Assembly (NCBI GenBank): GCA_048128005.1
Contig: JBEUKZ010000117.1
Location: forward strand, 248,001 to 312,000
Source of the DNA: Veleropilina oligotropha
Lineage: Eukaryota
Direction of reading: 5' to 3'
DNA: 64,000 bases
In this document: piece by piece, positions 50,260 through 62,373 of the stretch
How the letters are laid out: the number at the start of each line of letters is the position of its first letter
Numbering within the stretch: position 1 is the stretch's first letter
Notes under the pieces: generated by a model
What the model saw: the letters and a program-made list of their open reading frames with translations, nothing else
Databases searched by the model: none
What the model was told of the DNA's origin: nothing
Program-made: the position numbers and the translations under genes

Positions 50260-50278
50260 TGAGCTCTCGAGGACGGTT
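49950..50278 (-). mobile_element. tRNA-derived SINE, family 2
   Basis: Minus strand has agctcaactggttagagc (A box), gggttcaagccc (B box) and gagaccttaaaccggtgtccc (Deu/Nin-like core). Other copies at 41220-41530 (-, head clipped) and 34885-35065 (+). Confidence 0.75.
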
Positions 50279-50466
50279 GATCTATAAGAACAGGGTCAAT
50301 GACTCCTGTAACATCAAATCAAAACGGCGAACAAATATTCTACCATAGAAAATTAATATGTTATGGAGATAAGCCGAAAACTGTACAATATGTAGAAGAA
50401 AGGTTGAGATCGTGTCAAACATTTTTATAACATCTAGATGTGGAGGGAGTGGAAATTAGCAATATG

Positions 50467-51225
50467 GAGTTTGAAGTTGTTTATTACGGCATTGAACACA
50501 ATGGTTCCTAACTAATTCATGTTTGTAGCAGATAGGTTATAATACAGGTTTATACAGTGAAATATGTAGTAAGGAGCTTATGTATGCATACAAAAAGGTA
50601 ACTTTGAATCAATTATACATATATATATAAACAATATCAGAAATATAAGACTCTTAATAAATAGTATTAAATTATAAATGTGCATATATAAATTCATATT
50701 CCTATGTGAAATCGGTAACTTTAAACAATTTTACCTTTATCCTATCTAATTCCATTGATAAATTTAAGATATTTATACATCAGAAATTTAAGACTTAAAT
50801 AGTATAAAATCAGAAATATACATAAATCAAATCGTATTTCTATATGAAATTGGTTACTTTGAATCAATTATCCATATATCATACGCAATTCTATTGAAAA
50901 TGCAAGACCTAAAATAAATACTAGTAAATCAGAAATATTAATAAATCAATTCATATTTCTTATCTTGAATGCTTCGTAGACATATTTGCTTATTTTATTG
51001 ATTGTTAATTCATGTACATATGTCATTAGTGATATACACTTTTGGATAGTTGGCCAATGATTATAGTACTTTACTAAATATTGTTTACGAATATCAGTAT
51101 ATTCTGGACATACCAAAAGAAAATGATACTGGTCTTCAATGACACCCATGTTGCAAATTTGACATAAACGTTCGTTTCTGGGGATTTTGCTGTACCTTCC
51201 TCTTTCTATTTCAATATCAAGTGCG
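50467..51225 (-). mobile_element. LINE 3' fragment with C-terminal CCHC motif (RTE-X-like)
   Basis: IERGRYSKIPRNERLCQICNMGVIEDQYHFLLVC followed by an AT-rich 3' UTR and aataaa. It splits the ORF1 relic between ISN (50463) and LGAIP (51234). The clade call is from memory of the motif. Confidence 0.75.
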
Positions 51226-51487
51226 CAAGTGTCTAGGTGCAATACCAACTGACCCAAACGAGCAACCTCGACCACTCAAGGCAACGCTAAAATAAGGATC
51301 TTCAAAAAAGGAATAACTGAAACGAGCACTAAACATGAGTAACAAAGAAGACCACATTCTAAGACAGATGTTCATAGCACCAGACCTTACTCAAACACAA
51401 AGGGAAGAAATGAAAAACTTAATAAATCTGAAAGCAGATATACAAAAAAGGGAAGGGTCGATACTTAATGTCCTGTATAGTAGTACC

Positions 51488-51745
51488 TATGTGGCTGGGC
51501 GACATGTTACGTTTTGCTATACCCTCCCTATGTATGTTACTGGGCGACACATTGCATTTTGCTATACCCTCCCTATGTATGTTACTGGGCGACACATTGC
51601 ATTTTGCTATACCCTCCCTATGTATGTTACTGGGCGACACATTGCATTTTGCTATACCCTCCTCATGTATGTTACTACACGACACATTGCGTTTTGCTAT
51701 ACCCTCCCCATGTATGTTACTACACGACACATTGCGTTTTGCTAT
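51488..51745. repeat. Minisatellite, 45-bp unit, 5-6 copies
   Basis: tatgtatgttactgggcgacacattgcattttgctataccctccc. Confidence 0.95.
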
Positions 51746-53334
51746 GTGTATATTTGACCCACCTAAAAAATGAATCAATCAAAAACTAATTATTAATGAC
51801 AATTAGAAATGAGTCATCAAAGGGTATACACAGTGCGGATAACCTCTCAAACACCATTATACCCACGAAAACCCTATCTAGTACACATAGAAGATCCATA
51901 CCAGTAATCAATTATTTGGATCTACAAATATACCAGCATTGAGTCAGCTTTACATCTCTACAATAGCTAAATATATTATAGATTTATCATTGATGCTTAT
52001 GATTCGGTAGAAACGCAACCCCTTGGTTAATTTAAATGTCCCGCTTTATGGGTTCCGTTTATAGCATATGGTAACTTAATCTGATACTGGCCAACACCGA
52101 CAAGTTATTTTAGCACTGATGGTTCGTCATAATAGTAAATGAAAAATGCTCTGATATTTTAACTGATTTCAACATAATTGAGTGGATTTAATATATTAGG
52201 CAACATTGTCTTTACAACTGCGTAATATTATATATTATATTAAGCATTCGCCATACATTAAGGATACATACACAATGAATACATAACTCGCCAAACCCCC
52301 ACCTTTTCTCTCTCTATCCAGTGACACATATATATGACGCTTGACTTACAATGATTTATATACAGTGACAGGATGTATGCTCTGGTCGTTCGATAAGCAT
52401 GTTAAAATAACAGTTATTGGTAATGGCTATGCATGTTAATAAGACATAAAAAACACATTAACTGGGTGTGTCACTAGTATCTATATATTAATAGCGTAAG
52501 CCGTTTTGTGTGATTTTCCGTATCTCCTCCGAAACCACCATACGGATAGCCGTGATATTCGGCATGGCCATGATTTTGGATGTTATGGAGAGATTCCGCC
52601 CATTTGTATTATCAAGTTATCAACAAAAAGTCTTATAATTGCACTTTTACCGCAATACACGAACATGGTTCACCATATAAGGAAATATAAGAACGTTTCA
52701 GAATGATGCTCCGTAAACACAACATCTCGGCAGATGAAATGTGTGTTTCCAATCCAACGAATATTATTAGTTTCTTTTACACATAAGTGCTTATTGGCAT
52801 TCTTAACATATAATTGCAAAATATATGAAAAACCGATAGAATTACCGATTTCCAATGGCATATTACGAAATTTTTCATGAAAATACCCGATTCACAGGCC
52901 TCCCCCACGAATTTTATGGACATATGTTTTGTAAAATAACGGCGATCGGTCGAAATTTGGATACCGATACGTGATTGTCTATTGTCTTGATATAATGATG
53001 ATTTTCGTATTCACCAATATACAAAGATATCATTATACTGGACACCAAACACCAATATGTACTTTAGCGACAATTCCACATTGTAAATTCGTTTAAGTTG
53101 TAAATACTTACAGAGCTCTCTTCGCCGCCAGCCAGAAAATGATAACAAGACGCCATATATCGTCAGTTAATGGAAGCCCGGGTAATTGCTAGACACGTAC
53201 ACATGACATAGCGAATGTTCTTCGATTTTCATACCCAAAGGGTAAATATTTTTGCCCCCCTTGATGATAATAATATGTCAAAATACAATAACCTGACGTA
53301 ATCAGCAACTTCAAGAAATGTCCGTTTTCCAATA

Positions 53335-56300
53335 TGACTGCCCGAAACGCGAGGCCCCACCAAGACAGCCAGCTTCCCTCACTTTCCCGTGTCAACCAGA
53401 GAACAACGGGAAGATGCGCGAATGGCTCTTAAACCGATATTCATCATCAACGTTCAACACATGCCCCCACCAGCCCCTGACAACGATGACCGGCCCGCCC
53501 GTCGAGATACACTTGGATGAGACTGCTACCCCTCGAATGTGTCACAAAGCGGCGACAATCCCAGTGCACTGGCAAGATAGGGTATACCAAGACTTACTCC
53601 GCGACGAAGCCCTCAAGGTCATTGAACGTGTCCCTTATGGTGAAACGCTGACGTGGTGCCACAGAATGGTGGTCACGCGAAAGCACGATGGCACACCCCG
53701 CCGCACGGTGGACCTTTCACCCCTTAATCGCTACTGCAAAAGAGAGGCATTTGCCACCGAATCGCCCTTCCATCTTGCTCGCCGTATCCCAGGTGACACC
53801 TGGAAGACAGTCACCGATGCCTGGAACGGCTACCACTCTGCACCCCTTCGGGAGTCGGACCGACACTTGACAACCTTCATCACGCCGTTTGGTAGATGGC
53901 GATACCGCCGGGCCCCCCAAGGTTTTCTCTCGTCAGGAGACGGATATAACCGACGTTTCGATACTATTTTACTGGATTTCGAGCGCAAGGAACGATGCGT
54001 CGACGACACAGTTCACTACGACAAAGATTTGGAATCGCACTGGTGGCGTACAATGAAATTTCTCGATACAGTGGGTGGATCAGGCATAGTACTGAACCCA
54101 GATAAGTTTAAGTTCGCCCAACGGGAAGTAGACTTTGCCGGGTTTCGTGTAACCGACTCGTCCATCGAACCACTCCCGAAATTCCTCGATGCAATCAGGG
54201 ACTTCCCCACCCTACATCCACAACGGACATTCGTAGCTGGTTTGGCCTCGTGAACCAGGTGAGCAACTATGCCCAGCTGCGAGAAAGCATGGCACCCTTC
54301 AAACCATTCCTCAGCCCGAAGTACAAGTTCTTCTGGTCTCGGGTCCACGACGAAGCATTCAGCTCATCGAAAGGCGCCATTGTTGAGGAAATTAAGAGGG
54401 GTGTGCAAATTTTTGACGTGTCAAGAATGACATGCCTCAGGCCCGACTGGTCCACGCATGGGATCGGATACTTTATAACTCAAAAACCGTGCACATGCCC
54501 CTCCAAGGTTCCAGACTGCTGCCCAAACGGATGGCACATCATCCTAGCTGGATCTCGTTTCCTCTCCGGAGCAGAATCCCGCTACGCACCCATCGAAGGC
54601 GAAGCACTCGCCGTCACCTGGGGCCTCGAGCAGACACGATTCTTCACCCAAGGATGCGACAACCTGTTGATCGTAACCGACCATAAACCACTAGTGAAGA
54701 TTTTCAGCGATCGCACCCTTGATGAGATTCCCAACACCAGACTTTTCCGGCTGAAACAGCGCACCCTGCCATGGCGTTTCGACATTAACTACATGCCAGG
54801 TAAATCAAATCTGGCCGCCGACGCGACGTCTCGACACCCGTCTCCATCAACCGCGATTAACTCACTCAGTATAGATGACCAAATGGAATACGCTCTCACA
54901 GCGGCAATCCAACGTGAAACGTCTGAAATATCTTCGATTCCGTGGTCCCGTATCGTCGAAGAAACCACAAAGGATGCTCACATGCGTGCCCTCCTCCAAA
55001 GTGTCGAGAACGGTTTCCCCGAGGCTGATAAGGACCTACCGCACGCCGCGCCATACTGGCAGCTCTGGGAGTCACTTTACGTATCCGATGGCGTCGTCAT
55101 GTTCAAGGACCGTGTCATTATTCCACCCTCCCTTCGCCATCCTGTTCTGGACAATCTACACGCCGCCCACCAAGGAGCATCTTCGATGGAGCTCCGAGCA
55201 CGCGCCATCGTTTATTGGCCAGGGATTACGGCTGACATATATGCTATCCGGGCAGCCTGTACCGATTGCAACCGAAACGCCCCGTCACAGCCGTCACTCC
55301 CCGCAACCCCCACGTCACCCCCGTCAACCCCATTCGAATCAGTTTACGCCGACTACTTAGATTTCGCCGGGAACCACTACTTAATCATCGCCGATAGACT
55401 GTCCGGCTGGACCGAAGTATTCCCCTGCCAACCGGGCTCCCCTCGTGCCGGTGGAGCCGGCCTCATTGCATGCCTGTGGTCGGTGTTTACTACTTTTGGA
55501 GTGCCAGAGGAGATTTCTAGCGATGGCGGACCAGAGTTCACGGCCTGTATCACTTGCGATTTCCTCAAACGGTGGGGCGTAAACCATCGTATATCCTCCA
55601 CCTACCACCCACAATCTAACGGCAGGGCAGAGGTCGCAGTAAAAGCGACGAAGCGCCTACTTCGATCTAACATCGGCCCATCGGGATCACTTGATAACGA
55701 CCGCTTCCTCCGCGCCCTCCTACAACAACGAAACACCCCTGATCCTGATTGTGACATTTCACCCGCCCAAATCATCTTCGGAAATCCACTACGTGACTCA
55801 CTGGCTTTCGTCAATCGATTAGAGAAGTTTTCTAACCCGCGTGTCAGGCCTACATGGCGAGAAGCCTGGTCCCTGAAAGAGTCGTCACTACGCACACGGT
55901 ACACCCGGTCCCAAGAAGCCCTCGACGCCCACACCCGATCCCTACCGGCGCTTTGCGTGGGTGACAAGTGTTTCGTTCAAAATGGAGCCGGGAACTATCC
56001 CAAAAGGTGGGACAGGTCCGGTACAGTGACAGAAGTATTGGACTACGACAAATACTGCGTCAAGATTGATGGCTCCAGCCGTGTCACGACCCGTAATCGG
56101 AAGTCCCTTCGCCATTTCGTCCCTGTTTCGACAGACTTGCCTGCTCCACCTACCTCGGCCACCGCCAGTTACGTTCGGCCAAGCGCTATACCGCCGCCAG
56201 TGAACCCCGGAACGCCTGACGTCGGCCCATTGCCGGGAGCGATGCCAGCAGTGCCGCAGAGATTCCGGTCACCACCCCCACCCCTGCCCAGTCCAATACC

Positions 56301-56819
56301 AGCTACGCCATCCCATAGCCGTACCACCACCGTGGCATCGCCTGTGCATCAAGCCGACCTTGTCACGCCGACATCTCCCCTTTCGAAGATCTGCCTTCCG
56401 GACCCCATCGCCGCTCGCCCGCGACGCGCCACTCGGAAACCGGCCTGGCAGGAAACAGGAGATTGGTTGCTACATTGATGAGCCCGTGTTTTTCACCCAC
56501 GTGCTGGGGGGGATGAAGGGTTTTATGGTTTTCATGACATTACGCAACGTTCTTCTCTAGTTTACCGTATTGACTACGGTGCGGATTGTTGGGTATTCCA
56601 CAATGGCGACTTCCTGCCGCAAGGACGTGTCAACTAGCTTACCGAGTTATTCAATCTGGTAACGTATGTTCTTACGTCACTTACTACGAACACTCCGCTA
56701 TTAAGTCAATCCTTAGAATACCTATATTCGATTTCCTTTCTCTTATATTATATTAACAGTCATAGAATGATGTCTAATTACTATTATCGTATATTAATAT
56801 ATTGTATCTTTCTCCTTCA
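53335..56819 (+). mobile_element. pol: 5'-truncated Ty3/Gypsy LTR retrotransposon (RT, RNase H, integrase, PPT, 3' LTR)
   Basis: RT (DAWNGYH, APQGF, CVDD), RNase H (PDWS, EALAV, TDHKPL), integrase HHCC and DDE (ADY, SDGGPEF, SNGRAE) in Gypsy order. One frameshift near 54210. PPT ggggggga at 56506-56513. LTR TGAAGG...CCTTCA at 56514-56819. Confidence 0.95.
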
Positions 56820-58989
56820 GAGATTGCCGTATTCATTGTTATTAAATCGTCAAATCTACAAGGAGTTCTTCTTCACTAGTAGACCTATATGATAATATGC
56901 TATTACGATGAGGCATGACCAAATACGATAAAGGCGACTGCACCCATCTGAATGAGATGATTTTAGAAACTGACGACTGTTTTACTGACTGAAAACTTGG
57001 CAGTTGCAAATTGGAATATACATGAAAAAACATTGAGGAAATATGCAGATGCACTATTCCAATAAAGAAACTTAACTCCAATTATAAAAACAAGAAACCA
57101 CTATGGATTGATACAGAAGCCCTATTCAAAGTTAACAGGATGGGACTTCATAAACTACTGCAGATAAAGTAATAGAGCAAGGGGAGTAACACGAAAAGCC
57201 ATGCGACAATTTGATATGAAATGTTGATGGCTAAAAACCCCAAATGTTTTCATAAATATTCAAATTTTAAGATGAAGTCAAGACCCGGAATCTCAGAACT
57301 TCACGCAGTGGATATAATACATTTGTCATCAAAGTATTTACAATGTGGGACCTGAATAATAGCCCAACATGCCAATCATGAGATTAAACAAGAACGACGC
57401 GTTCGAAATATGTCTTGACCTTTCTTTATTTCCCTCAAATTTTCATAACAGTTAATACAATGGCTAAGTGCAAGTAATTCCTGGCTTAATTTACTACCCC
57501 GTAGACTGTGACGTCACCAAATGACGATTAATCTAAAGCGACGTCGTAATGACGTCATTGGTATTTGCTTGTGTTAGCCATGTGCAAAAGGCTACATATA
57601 TTATGCACCCCCATAAAATTCTGTACCATTGATATTAACAATTATGGAACATGCAAGATCATTCATAAGAGTCAACATGTACATAGTAATAGCAGTTGTT
57701 TATTCGGTGTAGACGGTCCAAGGGAGAAAACTCTTGATCCATTCTGTGGGGTTCTCATCTCTGTTGGAATGGCGCATCAAGCGAAGTAAACTCTTACGAC
57801 TCCTTCAAATAATTGTTATTATTTCTCCCTCAGGTAAATATTCCCGTCCCAAAGAAACACAGATATTGTTTAATTATTATATTTGATCTTGATAATTAGT
57901 TATAGATGTGCAATGTATAATATATTCTTGTCAAAACATATGCTAGTGGTACTTTGAACTTTCGTCTGCAATTGTGGCGTGGTCGCCCAAGGTCATATTC
58001 ATGTATTATGTCTGAAAGACGTGCTACCAGATACCATGTATTTCGCTGTAATTGGTAGATATAGTACTAGAAACATAATAATGTGTACTATATTGTCATA
58101 TTTAATCGGCATTAACTATTTTAGTGAAATTATGTAAATGCGGTCAGTTAGGAGAGTCAGGGTTATGTCCCTTTGACCATTACAATTCGCAATGGCAGCG
58201 CGCTATGTTTACTATATGTCAACGATATATCTGTGAATATCCTAAGTGAAGATTATGCTACATAGTCTAATCGAAAGTTGTTATTTTATTTTATTATTGT
58301 AAGCTCAGCAACGAATATTAGATGATGATGATATGTGTGTAATATTCTATCATGTACGACTGACAGTGACTGTAACAAATATTGTTCTACTATCTTGAGA
58401 TAAGCGAAGTCTGATGGTATAGAATGGAACAACTATTTACCCGATTTGTTGAAGCCAGCCAATAGTATTAATATACCTGATGTCATAATGTTTCAACTTG
58501 TGCCCAATGATATTAGAGTGCGACTTATTAAGCCGGACATAGTTATCTCCCTTCACATAGAAGTTTAACTACTGTATGTAGAGACATTTGCAGTGATGAA
58601 TTTACATTTTTATGCTGTGAGATTGAAGAATTAACACTTGATAGTATTTCTTCATAGTTTGAGTGTGCCTTATTATAAATGTTGGATATATTGAATGCAA
58701 ACTATGAGTATCATAATTGTTATATTTCCAGTTCCATTACTAGTTGATGTTCATTCATTCTTGTAATATCAGATAAGGTTGTCAACACATACATTCCTTT
58801 ATATGGGAGTAGATATTGATAATATTGTGAAACGTTAATGGTAGAAATAAGTTACTTCGAATAAGCATACCCCCAGACATGCCAGTGATTATTTCATACC
58901 ATTGTATATTGATGTATTCTCATCTCTGTTGGAATGGCGCATCAAGCGAAGTAAACTGTTACGACTCCTTCAAATAATTGTTATTATTA

Positions 58990-60739
58990 TCCTTCTATTA
59001 ATTCCACAAATCTCTGTGTGTTTGTTTGTTTGTCCTTCAAATATCTCGAGAACCGTCGACCCGATTGTCTTAAAAGTTGGTGGGTGCATGACTGGCGACC
59101 CCGGGGAGTGCATATCAAAAAGTCAATGCCAACCGATATAGATTAAGGGTGGGATTTTTAGCATTTTTCCGAAAACATAGCGCTAAGGGCAAGTTCAATA
59201 GTAGCGAACGTTAGGCAATGTTACCTAACGCTTCTTGGGATAATGAATGACAGTTGATAATTTTCGTCATACTAACAAATCAAGTCTCGAAGTAAACAAG
59301 TAATTTAGAAAGTACAAGAATACATATTTTTCAGCTGCATTATTAATTCCATACTGCTGTTATTATTGAACATATACGTGTTGTCGATAACCCATTTAAC
59401 TATTAAAATTAATTTCATTATGTACAGGATGAATTTTACTGCACATAACCGTCGCAAATTAAATTACCCCCCCCCCACCCCCCATGTTCGAACAAAGTTG
59501 TTATTTACAATGCAAGACAGCAGAGAGCATAAAAATAAGATAAATATATAGACATTTAATAGCATTATTATGTTAGATTAACTTTTAGTTAAGTATTATT
59601 CAGACTATTCGACGTCTTCTAATGTATTTCCTGGCAAACACACAGTGTCCTCCGACCGTTCGATTTCGCTCAAGTTTTGTTCAGAAAACGTTCAATTTGA
59701 ATAGTTAGCTAACGTTAGGTAACGTTATCTAACGTTTACTTCCATTGAACTCAGCCCAAAACAAATACAGAGTATAAAGGGAAGTAATTACTACATTAAA
59801 CACAATATCCTTACAAAGATAATTTGTTATTTGATGACGGGAAAAGTACGGTACTATAGACAACCGTCATTGAAACGACGAGTCTATTATGTTTTCCTTT
59901 ATTAAATGATAAACATGTTTTTAAAAGCCTACGTATTTTTTATGCCGGGAAAGTACGGTGCGATATAACTTCGTCATTGAAACGACGGGTCGATTTCAAC
60001 ATGCGTTTGCACTGGAAACCAGCACGTGTGCCGGTGTCACGAACTATACCGTACGGCTGACTATACCGTACATGTCTTATCTGTAATATCAATAATACGT
60101 ATTGTAATATCGCATCTTGTAATTCATGGACTTAATTAATTTATAAGAGCAATTTCATCGGAATAATGCAAATTAATGATAATCGGTAATTTCATCTACG
60201 TACGCTACTGGTCGCGATTGTTGCGGTTAACACCCAAGTACTTATACTCCAGAGTAACCATGTTGATGTATTGAACTGGAAAAAGGTTAATTTTAAGACC
60301 ATTAGGTGAACAATAGTGACATAACCACAAGTCCATGAATTACAAGATGCGATATTAAAATACGTATTGCTGATATTACAGATAAGACATGTACGGTATA
60401 GTCAGGTGTACGGTATAGTTCGCGACACCGGCGAATATTCGTTCGAATATTTGTAATAATCGGTCAGTGTAGAAGCCTCAACTAGCACATACAATTTCAT
60501 TTCCCAATGTCTTTTTCGTCCAAAATCAACTAAATTCATTTGACTTTCAACCCCGGCTTTCAACATGCCACAAATTAACTCACAAATTGAGAGACCAAAA
60601 TATTATAATAGTACAGTGGGTACTTCACATGTATACTCCCCGGGTGTCAGGAAGTGCCCTATTGATTTAGGGGACGAAAGGTCAATACCTCACTGATTTG
60701 GGCGTCGAGAGATTTAATTACCCCACGGGCACTGGCTAG
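58990..60739 (+). mobile_element. Non-autonomous Helitron
   Basis: A|TC 5' end, (TGTT)n near the 5' end, GC-rich ccccacgggcactgg then CTAG|T at the 3' end, and no TSD. A second copy has the same ends in different flanks. Confidence 0.85.
60030..60432. mobile_element. Foldback MITE inside the Helitron (also 42999-43840)
   Basis: About 100-bp inverted arms beginning gccggtgtc(a/g)cgaactataccgtac. Confidence 0.7.
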
Positions 60740-61338
60740 TTATCATAATTAGATTATGAACAACCACAGTCACCTGGCAACACTTGCAATATTAGACATA
60801 CGTTATATACAAATATGGATAAAAGTGCTCAATAAATGCATATTTTTGCAAAATTGTGTTGCGAAAGTTATATATATATACACGACCTACAAATACTCTT
60901 GGGAATGTGTGTACCAATTTTGGTGAAAATTGAACGGGTAGTTTTCAAATAAATCGACGGATATATATATATATATATATTATAAGTATATAAGTATATA
61001 AGTATATACACACGGACCATTTGATAATGTCTTGTCCTTTTTTACAAAAAGGTCAAGACATAAAAAGGACAATGGACCTTAAGGCTTAAATGTCTTAAAA
61101 TATATACTATACTATAAGTATCAACATTCAAGCTGCTATATATATAGTGATAATAGATATATACATACGCAACTATAATGATACCGTCACACGTATGCGG
61201 CTTGCGTCAATCATGAAAAAGCATGTGCCCTCTGAGTATTTGCGCCCAAAAAAAGGCACGGTTACACACTTCACATTGATGCCGGTTATCTCCAGTATGA
61301 AGTCGCTCGTGCTTGTAAGACGACCCGACTGAAAATCC

Positions 61339-62373
61339 CTAATTGCACACATCACACTTAAACGGTTTATCCCCAGTATGACGCCGCATGTGCTTGTTCA
61401 GACTGCTCGACTGCGCAAATTCCTGACTGCACACGGCACATCGATGCGGTTTCTCTCCAGTATGGATTCGCATGTGGCATACAAGGTTACCAGACTCTGA
61501 AAATGCCCGATTGCACACAGCACACGTATACGGTTTCTCTCCAGTATGGATTCGCATGTGCTTCCTAAGATTATCAGCGTGGAAAAATGCATTCATACAT
61601 GTGACACACTGATGCGGTTTCTCTCCATTATGGGACCGCCAGTGCACCTTAAGACTACCCGATTGCGAAAACGACTGATTGCACACAGCACACTGATACG
61701 GTTTCTCTCCAGTATGAATTCGCATGTGTCTCTTAAGAGCACTAGCCTGTGAAAATGCCTTCGTACATGTGACACATCGATGCGGTTTCCCTCCAGTATG
61801 GGACCGCCAGTGCACCTTAAGACTACCCGATTGCGAAAACGACTGATTGCATACAGCACGCTGATACAGTTTCTCTCCAGTATGAATTCGCATGTGTCTC
61901 TTAAGAGCACTAGCCTGTGAAAATGCCTTCGTACATGTGACACATCGATGCGGTTTCCCTCCAGTATGGGACCGCCAGTGCACCTTAAGACTACCCGATT
62001 GCGAAAACGACTGATTGCATACAGCACACTGATACAGTTTCTCTCCAGTATGAATTCGCATGTGTCTCTTAAGAGCACTAGCCTGTGAAAATGCCTTCGT
62101 ACATGTGACACATCGATGCGGTTTCCCTCCAGTATGGGACCGCCAGTGCACCTTAAGACTACCCGATTGCGAAAACGACTGATTGCATACAGCACACTGA
62201 TACGGTTTCTCTCCAGTATGAATTCGCATGTGTCTCTTAAGAGCACTAGCCTGCGCAAATGCCTTCTTACATGTGACACACGGATGTGGTTTCTCAACGG
62301 TGTGTGTTTGCATATGGAGATTCAAGGAACTCAAACGCTCAAAAGTCTTGTTGCAGAATGAGCAATTCGGCAT
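61339..62373 (-). CDS. C2H2 zinc-finger array protein (cassette copy F): 12 fingers (one with C->R), stop inside finger 13
   Basis: 344-aa ORF whose ATG begins finger 1 (MPNCSFCNKTF...HMQTH), with TGEKP linkers. Degenerate finger sequence continues beyond the stop to about 61205. Confidence 0.85.
   Translation of the reverse strand: MPNCSFCNKTFERLSSLNLHMQTHTVEKPHPCVTCKKAFAQASALKRHMRIHTGEKPYQCAVCNQSFSQSGSLKVHWRSHTGGKPHRCVTCTKAFSQASALKRHMRIHTGEKLYQCAVCNQSFSQSGSLKVHWRSHTGGKPHRCVTCTKAFSQASALKRHMRIHTGEKLYQRAVCNQSFSQSGSLKVHWRSHTGGKPHRCVTCTKAFSQASALKRHMRIHTGEKPYQCAVCNQSFSQSGSLKVHWRSHNGEKPHQCVTCMNAFFHADNLRKHMRIHTGEKPYTCAVCNRAFSESGNLVCHMRIHTGEKPHRCAVCSQEFAQSSSLNKHMRRHTGDKPFKCDVCN

Larger units (their letters stand above)
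57386..61065 (-). mobile_element. Same HINE family, long form, containing the nested Helitron
   Basis: Both ends match 2133-2590. It is inserted in a T run of the copy F 3' region; the paralogous site at about 4398-4412 is empty. Related 3' ends lie near 46535-46570 and 47208-47248. Confidence 0.8.

Noticed and set aside
54200..54255. Programmed ribosomal frameshift within Gypsy pol
   Set aside because: It falls in the RT/RNase H connection rather than at gag-pol, and adding one C restores the conserved peptide. A mutation or homopolymer error is more likely.
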